A DNA stretch of 63,057 bases, counting the filler, from Trichomonas gallinae (lineage: Eukaryota), in the NCBI GenBank assembly GCA_008369845.1. It is 13 parts of 13 records of this genome, joined end to end, with 100 filler letters (N's around TTAATTAATTAA, not from the genome) between each part and the next. Parts side by side here need not be neighbours in the genome. Positions count along the whole stretch, not along the records: positions 31,755 to 49,618 come from MRSU01000733.1; 12 more parts are not named here. One strand, 5' to 3'. Numbering within the stretch: the first letter of the stretch is position 1; every line of letters begins with the position of its first letter. Under the pieces are notes generated by a model. It was given only the letters and a program-made list of their open reading frames with translations. It ran no database searches and had not been told where the DNA came from. Both the position numbers and the translations under genes were made by a program. Positions 33,931-44,168 of this stretch are shown here, in pieces.

Positions 33931-34326
33931 TTATTTTATTTTTGCCGCCATTTCGTTGATATCGATTCTTTTATATTTTGCATTCCTTTGTAACATATTC
34001 CATTCATTTATGAGATCTTCACGCGTTCTTTGATGTTCATTGAAAATTGCACTGAATGTTGAGCGAATTTGTGACCAATTTCCGATACCATGCATATTTA
34101 TTCCTTGTATGAGTGCCTCAATTTCAATGTGTGACCATGGGTGATCCGATGAGGATATTCTATCCGGATTTTCTGTGATTAAATCATTAGTTACAGATAA
34201 TCCTTGCTCATTTTCGGTTAAAATCTTGACATACAAGGAATATGCAGATAGAACATCTTTATAACCCAAATACTCAAAGTCTAAATTCTTCGAAAAATAA
34301 TAAACACTTTGAGTAGGATCATCCAT
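33931..34326 (-). CDS. Single Myb/SANT-domain protein (telobox-like)
   Basis: PWSHIEIEALIQGINMHGIGNWSQI...RTREDLINEWNML; AAAAAGTGACAT-ATG. Confidence 0.8.
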   Translation of the reverse strand: MDDPTQSVYYFSKNLDFEYLGYKDVLSAYSLYVKILTENEQGLSVTNDLITENPDRISSSDHPWSHIEIEALIQGINMHGIGNWSQIRSTFSAIFNEHQRTREDLINEWNMLQRNAKYKRIDINEMAAKIK

Positions 34327-34536
34327 ATGTCACTTTTTAAAATTTTTCACTTTTTCATCACATAATGATACTGAGTAAATTACATCAAATATTAAATAAA
34401 TCTATGCGAAACTTCATAGTATACATATATAAAGTGCATGGACCATATTAGACTAATAATTATTAAAAACAAGTTTTAAATCTATGAAGATATGCTTAGT
34501 TTTTGGCATCATATGAAAATTTGCATCAGATGAAAA

Positions 34537-34729
34537 TTGTCATGTAAATACATTTTTGACACATAAATTATAAAATTTAGATTAAGTAATTTGAAATGTA
34601 AACCGAATTAATTCTTTGGATTTTGACATGTAATAGAATAATTTGTCATGTAAATTTAAATTCAATATTGTATATTTTTTGTCATGTAAACAATATTTTG
34701 GTATGTAAAAAGATAATTTGCCATGTAAA
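34537..34729. repeat. Cluster of about 7 co-oriented TTTG(T/A)CATGTAAA-like motifs
   Basis: Copies at 34537, 34591, 34621, 34642, 34677, 34696, 34717 between divergent genes. Confidence 0.75.
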
Positions 34730-34940
34730 GTATTTTGAAAATAGAACGATTAGCAATGGTAAGAAGATGAATGTAGCAATTTTACTTTAATATTTAGTAC
34801 CTATATATGCCATATAACGCGTATAACCAAACCAAATGCGGTGTTCTGTTTTACATGTTCGCTCATTAATTGAGAAGATGCCCATCATAATTCGTCACTT
34901 TTAAAAATTTTACTGTCACTTTTCCGAAATTTAACATATC

Positions 34941-35768
34941 ATGAGTACCATTCCAAAGGTTCTCCTCTTAGATGGTGACGGTGTCATTTGGATAGACAAC
35001 ACACCAATCAAAGGTGCCATCGATGCACTCAACAGAATCAGAAAACTCGGCGTCCGCTTGGTTTTGGTCACAAACAATTGCTCTAAAACACGTGAACAGT
35101 ATCTCAAAATGCTTGAGAAACTTGGCTTAGAGGGATTCCAAGTTGATGACGTATTCTCTTCTGGCTATGCTACAGCGAAATACTTACAACATCACAATAT
35201 TTCGAAGGTCCACGTTTGCGGTTTTGATGGACTCATGGAAGAGCTTACAAACCATGGCATTGAAGTTCACAGCCTCAAGACAGACCCAGAACCACAGCCA
35301 GTTCAGGCAGTTGTTGTTTCCAAGTCTGAAACATTGTCTCACGCAGACATTTCACGCGGAATTTTGTTATGCAAGAATTATGGAGCTAAGCTGATTGGCA
35401 CAAACCCAGATCCAAACTTCCCAATGCATGGTGGTATTTTAATCTGCGGCAGTGGCTCCTGTGTCCGTGCTTTCGAGGTTGGCACCAACCAGGTCGCTGA
35501 CGTCATTGGAAAACCAAACAAACCAATGTTTGATACGGTTCTTTTAACACTTGGCGTTACAAAAGATGATGTTGTCATGGTTGGCGACAGAATGATTACA
35601 GATATATTATTTGCATCAAGGAATGGCGCTAGATCTGTCCTTGTTTTATCTGGCATCGATACAGAAAAAGATATTCAAGATTTCCCAGAAGCAGATCACC
35701 CAACATGGGTAAAGCCATCACTCGTTGAACTCGCCGACATGTTTGAAGAAATGGCTAAACAGAAATAA
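34941..35768 (+). CDS. HAD subfamily IIA phosphatase (p-nitrophenyl/phosphoglycolate phosphatase-like)
   Basis: LLDGDGVIW, VTNN, TNPD, IGKP, MVGDRMITDI, VLSG; two upstream GTCACTTTT Inr motifs. Confidence 0.93.
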   Translation: MSTIPKVLLLDGDGVIWIDNTPIKGAIDALNRIRKLGVRLVLVTNNCSKTREQYLKMLEKLGLEGFQVDDVFSSGYATAKYLQHHNISKVHVCGFDGLMEELTNHGIEVHSLKTDPEPQPVQAVVVSKSETLSHADISRGILLCKNYGAKLIGTNPDPNFPMHGGILICGSGSCVRAFEVGTNQVADVIGKPNKPMFDTVLLTLGVTKDDVVMVGDRMITDILFASRNGARSVLVLSGIDTEKDIQDFPEADHPTWVKPSLVELADMFEEMAKQK

Positions 35769-36063
35769 ATACATTCTATTCTTAAAATCAATATTCAAAG
35801 TTTTGTTTTGCGATCAGGCATAATTAATTATCAATTGTATTGATCTAAAGGATGATAATGTGATAATTATTAAGCTTATTCGTTGAAGTATTTTTTTATC
35901 GAGGATGAAATTTGCTATAATTAAATCCTGAGATTTGCAGGATGGTTAATAGACTTTTATAAAATAATAATAAAGTTACAAAAAATTCATATTAAAAATT
36001 ACATAAAATATTTCTAAATATACAACATATTTCTCCTTATTTTTCCGCATAAATTGTTCTAAA

Positions 36064-36576
36064 TTAGTCCCAATCAGTATCTGGAGGTGGAGGAGGTACT
36101 TTAGGAGTTTTTTCGAGCACAACCTGTGGATATCGCAAACCATGAATAAGAAGTTCTCTGTAGTTGAGAGATACATGTGTTTCTGGGTCTGCACCTAATA
36201 CAACGTAACGTAACGCATCATACCATAGGGCCATTATATCATCAGGACCGTATAGATTTAGAGGAGCTTTTGTAGTCTTCATGATACATTGCACATAATG
36301 GATTTGTCCATGATCTGTATTTAGCGTCTTTAAATTGATCTCTGAAAAACCTGTATCGCCTGTGATTGGAAACGCATCCATGCCATCAGCATCGAGGAAA
36401 TACATACCGTAGCTCTGTTTTACCCAAACAGCAACAGGTTTTCTATTTAATTGTTCGATTTTCGTTACTGTGCCTTGTGTGATGACAAGTTTGGCTCTCT
36501 TTGCAATAAAACTAACCTGGTAGATGTTTAGGAGCATTGAGGCCTTCGAAATTATCATCTGTTCAGCTTCTGTCAT
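36064..36576 (-). CDS. ELMO/CED-12-type PH domain plus polyproline tail, stand-alone
   Basis: AKLVITQGT, ALWYDALRYVVLG and terminal PKVPPPPPDTDWD resemble the ELMO C-terminus. Confidence 0.6.
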   Translation of the reverse strand: MTEAEQMIISKASMLLNIYQVSFIAKRAKLVITQGTVTKIEQLNRKPVAVWVKQSYGMYFLDADGMDAFPITGDTGFSEINLKTLNTDHGQIHYVQCIMKTTKAPLNLYGPDDIMALWYDALRYVVLGADPETHVSLNYRELLIHGLRYPQVVLEKTPKVPPPPPDTDWD

Positions 36577-36912
36577 TTTATTTGAAAAACTGTGAGGAGA
36601 AAAAGTGTCAGAAAATTTTTAAGGCTTAAAAAGTTGAAATTCGTGTGAATTTGGGATCTTGACTGTCTACAGCGTTGATTTATGAGAAAATTTTGATTCT
36701 ATAATTTCTGAAGGAAATTAGAAGAAGTAGATAGACTTGTTCTTTCCTGCTACGTATCATGTAAAAGCAGTTGCACCATTTTATGAATTTTATTCGCCGA
36801 TAATTTATTACAACGTACTTTTGTGAATAATATCTGCAATTTATTTTGTCAAATAATGCGCATTTATTTTCAGTGCGTTTATATGACATGATTTTGTTGA
36901 TTTTTTTGATGT

Positions 36913-37767
36913 TTATGACCATCTGCGTTTTGATTTTCCAATCGTCCAGTATTGATGCTTGAACAGCGTAACAATGACGTTTTTCCATAAGCAAACGGAA
37001 AGAATTTCGATCAATGATGGACTGAAATCCGAAAAAATGTATGCTTTGTAATAAGTTGTAAGGTGACAGTTGCTGCATAAATAGTCTATCTCATACTGGG
37101 CCTTCTGTCCAGTCGAATGCAAACGTGAAAATATCACCATTCCTGCTGGTTTAAATACGAATATCGGATAACTGAACATGCGATGATTATATAGTGGTAA
37201 TCTAACTGTATTCATCGGAGTGGCAATGGATATAAACTGTTTATCATAATGAGAGAAGTCTGTTAATTCTTGTTCAATAAATTTCGTATTTAATACATAT
37301 TGACCTTTTGCCATAATTACAGCCTGTTTAAAATCGTCTATTGGATCGTGAAAAGTTGTGAAAAATGTGATTTTCGGATAAATTTTTGAAAAATAATCAA
37401 ACAATTTGGAAACTGACGCATTTTCAGGTATAATGCAAATGATTTCGTATGTTTTATCTGAAATCGACGATTGCTTGTATTTTTCGAGAATTTGGTCGAT
37501 ATATTCTTTCATATGATTTGTATTTCGCGAATTTGTTTGAATTACTAATGAAATAAAAATATCCTTCATGGGTTCAACGTTAACACCCTGACTATCGATG
37601 AATTGCGGGTTTTCTTTATTTCGAATGATTTTATATATTTGGATTTCGGTTTGCGTAGTATCATTGAAGTAGACCCCGAATGATGTAGTTATCATCAGCA
37701 CAAAAATTGCCAATGAAATGAGAATTAAAAACGCTAAGACTACTGGTGATAATTCAACTTCAACCAT
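36913..37767 (-). CDS. Alg5-like (GT2 dolichyl-phosphate glucosyltransferase) divergent paralog
   Basis: N-terminal TM; ISLVIQ, TYEIICI, AVIMAKGQYVL, IFSRLH...YEIDYL and C-terminal YW follow the Alg5 motif order; DDGS and DAD motifs absent. Confidence 0.55.
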   Translation of the reverse strand: MVEVELSPVVLAFLILISLAIFVLMITTSFGVYFNDTTQTEIQIYKIIRNKENPQFIDSQGVNVEPMKDIFISLVIQTNSRNTNHMKEYIDQILEKYKQSSISDKTYEIICIIPENASVSKLFDYFSKIYPKITFFTTFHDPIDDFKQAVIMAKGQYVLNTKFIEQELTDFSHYDKQFISIATPMNTVRLPLYNHRMFSYPIFVFKPAGMVIFSRLHSTGQKAQYEIDYLCSNCHLTTYYKAYIFSDFSPSLIEILSVCLWKNVIVTLFKHQYWTIGKSKRRWS

Positions 37768-38114
37768 TAATGAAATTTAATTTTTAGATATCTAAATTGA
37801 TAATCATGCATAAACGATAATAGTTCGAAGCATTTCAGATCATTTTAACATGAATATTTTTGAAAAATCAAATTTCATTTATTAATGACTTCTAACTGAT
37901 AGATATCAATATTTTATTAATAATGTAATATAATTATCTTTAAGTTAGCCTGAAAAAACACAAATATTTTTCTTTTTATTAAATTCGCCATTTAGGAGAC
38001 AAATTGCTTGAATTTATAATATACAAAACTATTATATCCATTTACAATTAATATCTCGCTTATTTTTAAACGTAATTTTATTTCGATAAATAATACAATT
38101 AAAATTCAAAGAAA

Positions 38115-38546
38115 TTAGTACTTGATTTTGGATCCTGTCTGTTCAAAATGTGTTTTCTGAATCTTAGCAATAATTGCTTCGTTTGCATCAATTTTATTTT
38201 TAATTGTTGCAAACTGCAATGATAAGTTTGTAATCATTATTGTTGCTTGATTTAGCATTTGATTGAAGTCTCCGGACTCCAAGGCTTCATCTATCGCCTT
38301 TTTATTCATCTGTGTGACTGTAATCGTTGAGGGTCTCTTTTCTAAAGTGGATTGTACAAGAATATCAAGCTCTGTGTTCTTTGGCTTCCTTTTCTGTGAT
38401 CCAGCTGATTTTCCGCTGAGATTGCTTGATATTGAGATTTGAGAAGCGTTTTCGTATGATTCTGGCTGTACCACATTATCACCTGAACGTGCAACAGGCT
38501 CTGGCTCATCATCAAATGACTCCTCTTCGAATGTTAAAGCAGACAT
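38115..38546 (-). CDS. Small hypothetical protein with C-terminal coiled coil
   Basis: AAA-ATG at 38546 (MSALTFEEE) preferred over the track start at 38600. Confidence 0.7.
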   Translation of the reverse strand: MSALTFEEESFDDEPEPVARSGDNVVQPESYENASQISISSNLSGKSAGSQKRKPKNTELDILVQSTLEKRPSTITVTQMNKKAIDEALESGDFNQMLNQATIMITNLSLQFATIKNKIDANEAIIAKIQKTHFEQTGSKIKY

Positions 38547-38985
38547 TTTATTTTTAAACGTGCAGAAAATTTTGTCAATATTTCTCGGATAAACTTTCAT
38601 TCAGCAAAAATCATTACTATGTCAATAAATGGAATTTACTTGCGATAATATTATAGTATATGAAGAGTAGAAATGTTATATATGACTTTAATAAAGTTTT
38701 ATAAATATTTTTCAATAAATATTTGATATTTAACATTTATTACTTTATTTTTCAAACTGAATGAAATCTAAGTCAGTTTTCTCCTTTGTGGTACGAATAA
38801 CGCAGATTTTACATGACAAATATTACGTTAAATGAAAAAATCAATAATTAAATGATAAATCATTAAAAGAACTCATATAAATCAAATTTTTTCCATGCAT
38901 TTGGTATTAATATTAAATAATTTGCTTGAGTTTTGCTTAATAATATTTATTTGAATATAAAATAATAAGATTTAAGAAAACAAAA

Positions 38986-40637
38986 TTATTTAAGCTCTTC
39001 AGATAACAATTTCATCATCATGTTCATTGTGTCGTCATTGATTGTTAGATAATCACTTGAGTTTAACAACCAAGGCAACATGGAGCCTGTGAAATTGGAG
39101 AAGAGCTCATTGCTAACCAAATGATCATATTTTTGGAGTGATATACAAATTTGATTGATTAGAAGATTTAATTCAATAAATTTCCTTCTATCTTCAATGT
39201 TTGAGACAAGAATATGCATAAAAATCGTCTTCTGTGATACATTGAAGTTGAAATCAGCAATTATTTTGCTCATTGTATTTATGTTATTGATCATTTTATC
39301 AAATAATAAAATTTTGTGCCCAAGTTTGGATTCTGTGAGCAAATTAATCAGTTTTGTGTGATATCCTATATAAGGCTTCAGTATTGTCTGGATTTCATCG
39401 GATTTACCAAGTCTAACGTTTGCAAATGTTTTTTCTATATCAACAGACTTCATGAATTTGTCAACTGATGAAGTATTACATTTGAGTTCTGCATTGAACT
39501 TAGTGATAATGATAGGAACTTTCATATCTGGGAAATCTTTGAAATAAGAAACAGCTTTCTCGATATTGCTTATGAAGCTGACTGGATTGCATTCCGAAAG
39601 AATCTTGCGGTCTTTGCCGAATTTGGAACTTGCAAATCCGTAATATATTCCACAAATTTGGGCATTATTTAATTTCTTATATTCCTCTATGTGTTTTGTC
39701 GCTATCTTTATGTTAATGATATTCTACAATTTATTGTGCTGGTTCTCTGCAAGCTTAATTAGCGCATATTTAACAAAATCTGGATTTTTATCTTGATAAA
39801 AAGCAAAATATGATATCATGTCTGTAGGCATTTGCATATTTTCATATATCTGATTGTAGAATTCATCAAATCCTGGATTCTTTGGAATTCCTTGTTCTTT
39901 TGATTCTGATGAATTGTTGTTCATCAAGATTTGCAAATATATGAAGCCACATTTATCTCTTGCAAGAGTATCTTGCTCCATTTTGCTCAAAATTTCCATA
40001 ATTTTTGAATAATCATCGGAAAGGATTTTAAGGGAATATGAGCCTGCGAAATTCAAACCAATTGATTCTGTTGCTGATTGGACATATCTGCTTGGAGAAA
40101 ATGCTGCTGTGAAGAGACTTACATCAATTTGCTTTTTTTCTTCATTTAAGAAGTCGAATATGTTCTCAAACATCTGCTGAGTAATGTTATACCCGACAAG
40201 GCGCGAATTGAAGACGAATGAAGGAATAATTATTTCATGAAAGAAAAACATCAGAGTTTTAAGTTGATCTTGTGAATACAGTATTGACAAGCATCTGAAC
40301 TGATGAAAGGCAGCTGTAGAAGCCTTATGGAGGTTATCTTTGAAACGATCGAAAATAGCAACAGATTTCTTATTAGATTTACTATATATTGTGTTGAACA
40401 TACAGCAATTTTAGTATTTTTTTGAATTACATTGAAATAAGATGGGAGTATTAATGATTTATGCGTTGGAATAGCGTTGTATATGTTCGAAAGAGTTCTG
40501 TGCTTGAAACATGAGTCAACAAGACTTAATTGTGCAATTTCAAGTTGAGATTCATAAAAATTAGTATTTATATTTGGAACATTCATATAATATTTCTTGT
40601 ATATCTGGTCAACATTTTGAGCGCGAAACTTGGACAT
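38986..40637 (-). pseudogene. One ~550-codon gene split by a frame change and an in-frame TAG
   Basis: ORF 40637-40251 overlaps ORF 40401-39724; after TAG (39726-39724) the same frame stays open for 66 codons into ORF 39525-38986. Confidence 0.7.
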
Positions 40638-40864
40638 TTAGTTTGGTGTTGGAGATTTTATTATTCGTCATTATTATTAAATTTTCCATTTAATTTTTGA
40701 CAATGTAAAACAAAAATCTGACAATGTAAACTAAAAATTAAAAATCTGACAATGCTACAATCATTTCTCAGAGTATGAATTCGTAATTAGTTAATTTAGT
40801 TGATGCTTTCATTACTGGTAAATAAGTTTATTTTAATATACAAATATAACACTTTACTAATAAT

Positions 40865-42772
40865 TTATTTCTCTTCGAGAAGCTTTATAATATCCTGTAA
40901 TTTGGCTTTAGTCTTTGGTGTTCCATTGAAGTAGTCTCCCAAATTTCTGTCAACATTCTTGTTTTGCAGGATGATTTCAACTGAGATTTTATCATCAAGA
41001 ATAACAGCATTCATCAATGCGGTTTCACCAATAAAGTTTCTTGCGTTGATGTCAATTTCTGACTCGAGTGCAAGATATTTAATAGCATCGTATTGTCTCT
41101 GCTCAACGGCAATGTGAAGGGCTGTCTTCTGGTTGTTATCTCTTATGCTTGGATCCAGTTTCATATCTTCAATCATCCATTTAACCAGATTTGCGTGTCC
41201 TTGAGATGCAGCCAAATGAAGGGCAGTGAATCCATCGGAAATATTCACTGAAAGATCATCTGTATTTTTGAAGAAAAGCTTCACCCAGTTGATGTTTCCA
41301 GATATACAAGCATATGCCTGTATTGAATACTGAGTCGAGTATTTGTCTGTTTTGTCAAATATTCCTTCATTAAACATCATTTCAACGATTTCATCATTTC
41401 CACCTTTAAGGGCTAAAGCAAGCAATGAAATTCCGCCTGGTCTGTGCACTTTGTCAATGGCAGGATTAGATATCAACAGCATGACAATTTCTGAATGTCC
41501 ATTTAATATGGCACATTCTAATGGAGTATATCCTTCTTTGTTAATCGGATTCCATTCAACTTGTGGATAAGTCAGAAAGAACTGAATGCACATAGATGAT
41601 CCGTTGATAGCAGCATAATGCAGAGGTGTGTTTCCCTCTTTATCTGGTCTGTTAAAAAGGTTATAATTGAATTCTGTGAAAAACGACAATAAATGGTAAT
41701 TATTGCTCTTGCAGATATTGTGTAATATGAATTTGTCATCGTAATAATTTGACGAGCTTATTTTTAACTCTTGTAAGAACGCAATGCTGTTATTCAGAAT
41801 TGCTGGTTCAAAGCACTTTTGGATTTGTTTCTCGGTTATTTCGGAATTCTCAATAATCCATTTTATGATCAGATTCTTTCTGTATTGAACTGCATCAATT
41901 AGTTCTAGCGTTGCACCTCGATCAGCAGCGATTCTTATTATCTCCAGAGATCCACCAAATATTGCGAATTTGCCAATATTGTTCAAATGAATGTATTCCA
42001 GCGTCAAAAATTTGAAAATCTTGACACTGCCGAATGCTGCTGCAGCTTCATAGTACTTTGTTTTTTCATCGAAAGGCATGTGCCACTGTAGATTCGACTG
42101 TATAGGTTGATGTGCCAAGTCTGGGAAGTTATCATTTGAATGTCTGTTTTGAAATGCTTGGACATCATCATCTATTATAATGCTCATATATGAATATGGG
42201 TCAAACCCGTATTTGTAGTAATTCACTATATGTCCTATATTATTTGTAACATATTCGTCGAATTTGGATATAATGTGTCTCAAAGTATATTCATGATTTT
42301 TAATGATGTGTAATAATGATTCTCTTTCGGAATCTTTAAGGAGATCATAGCAGCAATAATAAAGATGCCCCATAAAAATTGGGTTTGTAATGGAAATTAT
42401 ATGATTAATTGATAAAATTAAACTTGCTCTCATTAATTCGCGTGTAAAATAAGCCATTTCGATTGTGTATTTCTTCGAATTCAATGAAATATTCTCTAAA
42501 AGCGATGATTCCATGGTGCGACTAAAATCTGTATTTTCCTTTTTGATTTGATCGAGCAATGATATATACTTTGATGATCTGTGTGGCTGTAATACGTAAA
42601 CTTCAAATATGTAAGAAATAATGTTCGGAATATATTCAAAATTTAAAAGATCAGCCTTTTTAAATTGTTTTACTATGTCTTCTGCATTGTTTTCGTTTAA
42701 AATATCAAGTGAATCCATCATTTCCATAACTTTTTCTGTCTCTTTTTGAAGAAACATAAAAGTATTATCCAT
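40865..42772 (-). CDS. DUF3447 plus ankyrin-repeat protein
   Basis: IIDDDV..FQ, AAAFGSVKIFKFL, AIFGGSLEIIR, then GNTPLHYAA / GYTPL / GFTALHLAA / KTALHIAV / GETAL repeats. Confidence 0.92.
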   Translation of the reverse strand: MDNTFMFLQKETEKVMEMMDSLDILNENNAEDIVKQFKKADLLNFEYIPNIISYIFEVYVLQPHRSSKYISLLDQIKKENTDFSRTMESSLLENISLNSKKYTIEMAYFTRELMRASLILSINHIISITNPIFMGHLYYCCYDLLKDSERESLLHIIKNHEYTLRHIISKFDEYVTNNIGHIVNYYKYGFDPYSYMSIIIDDDVQAFQNRHSNDNFPDLAHQPIQSNLQWHMPFDEKTKYYEAAAAFGSVKIFKFLTLEYIHLNNIGKFAIFGGSLEIIRIAADRGATLELIDAVQYRKNLIIKWIIENSEITEKQIQKCFEPAILNNSIAFLQELKISSSNYYDDKFILHNICKSNNYHLLSFFTEFNYNLFNRPDKEGNTPLHYAAINGSSMCIQFFLTYPQVEWNPINKEGYTPLECAILNGHSEIVMLLISNPAIDKVHRPGGISLLALALKGGNDEIVEMMFNEGIFDKTDKYSTQYSIQAYACISGNINWVKLFFKNTDDLSVNISDGFTALHLAASQGHANLVKWMIEDMKLDPSIRDNNQKTALHIAVEQRQYDAIKYLALESEIDINARNFIGETALMNAVILDDKISVEIILQNKNVDRNLGDYFNGTPKTKAKLQDIIKLLEEK

Positions 42773-43109
42773 TGCAAAATATGAATTTTGACTAGATGGT
42801 ATAACTTATCAAAAGGTAGAAATCGCCCTAAATCCAAAGTTTCAATGGTTGTTTATCATATGATTTGACTAGTCAAATATTTTTTATGCTAATACAGCTT
42901 TATGCTTTAAAATCCACATTATAATAGGCCTGTTTTGGCTTAATTTACACTTAAAATGGCGTGAATTCAATAAATTTAATCAAAAATAATTTCATTTTAC
43001 AATTTCGGAGGTTATATGGTGTCAGGGCGCCGTATATCGTGCATTGTTTATCGATTTTAAAGATAGAATACGTTTTAATCATGATAAAATTTGGAAAAAT
43101 AATCATAAG

Positions 43110-44168
43110 TTATAATAACAAAATAGCATTGTTCGGATCCAAGAAATTGTTAAATGCAGAAGGATGTGCGAGTAAATATTGCTGTATAGTCGCTAATGGA
43201 ATCATGCATTCATTAATCTCTTCTTCAAAGACATCATTAGAAGTAGAATCGAATCTATCGAACGTTACCCTGCCTTTGGTATTAATATGGGCAATGGCCG
43301 CTGGATTGTTCATATTGCAATAATTTGAAGCCGAAAAAACAGTCCAGCAAATAACATTTCCACATTCATCAACAAGAGAATTTGCAAAACCATCTTGGCA
43401 TGCTTCATGTGCACGAATAATTGCCGTTAAATAATTGTTTTCGAGGAACTCCTTTGCTTTTTTAGCGGAATAGTTCTCACCAAGGCCTCTCTCTGATGGA
43501 GTTGTGAGAACTCCTTCCGGCAAGTTTCGTGGGTCTCCCCAGAGAAGGTCAGAGGCAATCTGATTCTGAGTATCTCTAGTGAGACTGAACCTATCAATCT
43601 CCCTTATCTCTTCAAGCGTCTGGATCTTCGATGATATTCCGCCATGAACGGCAAAAATCCTGTTTGGTAAGATTGCAGCGAGGGGAATGTAAGGAAATGT
43701 TTGATTGATGTGGTTAAACACGAATACACCATCAGACATTCCAAGTCTCTCGATGCATTCATCCCAGAATCCATAAACTTTGCAGATATTAAAAAATTCG
43801 TGGTTTCCTCTGATCATATAAACGTACTGAGGGTATAAAATTTTGAGGCACATAAGGTAGAGTATAGTTTCTATCGAGTTAAATCCGCGATCTACGTAAT
43901 CGCCCAGGAAGAGAAATTTCAATTTCCACGAAGGTTCTCCGTATTTCTTCATAATATAGTTTAAGTCATGAAAGTTTCCGTGTAAGTCGCCAACGACAAG
44001 GAAATTGCCCGTTAAATTCTCGATTAATGTAGGCTCAGGTTCGAGAACTGATTTAAACTGCTCGCAGAGGATTTTAATTTGCTCCAAATTAGGAACATAT
44101 TCATCTTCTGACGCAGCGCAGTCTTCAATCCCCTTCCTCAGATCTTTCAGCTGTAAACGAGTCAGCAT
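43110..44168 (-). CDS. PPP-family Ser/Thr protein phosphatase
   Basis: GDLHG, GDYVDRG, RGNHE, HGG, DLLWGDP, RAHE, FSASNY. Confidence 0.95.
   Translation of the reverse strand: MLTRLQLKDLRKGIEDCAASEDEYVPNLEQIKILCEQFKSVLEPEPTLIENLTGNFLVVGDLHGNFHDLNYIMKKYGEPSWKLKFLFLGDYVDRGFNSIETILYLMCLKILYPQYVYMIRGNHEFFNICKVYGFWDECIERLGMSDGVFVFNHINQTFPYIPLAAILPNRIFAVHGGISSKIQTLEEIREIDRFSLTRDTQNQIASDLLWGDPRNLPEGVLTTPSERGLGENYSAKKAKEFLENNYLTAIIRAHEACQDGFANSLVDECGNVICWTVFSASNYCNMNNPAAIAHINTKGRVTFDRFDSTSNDVFEEEINECMIPLATIQQYLLAHPSAFNNFLDPNNAILLL

Noticed and set aside
34537..34729. CRISPR array
   Set aside because: Eukaryotic context, 13-nt degenerate units, very short irregular spacers, no cas genes
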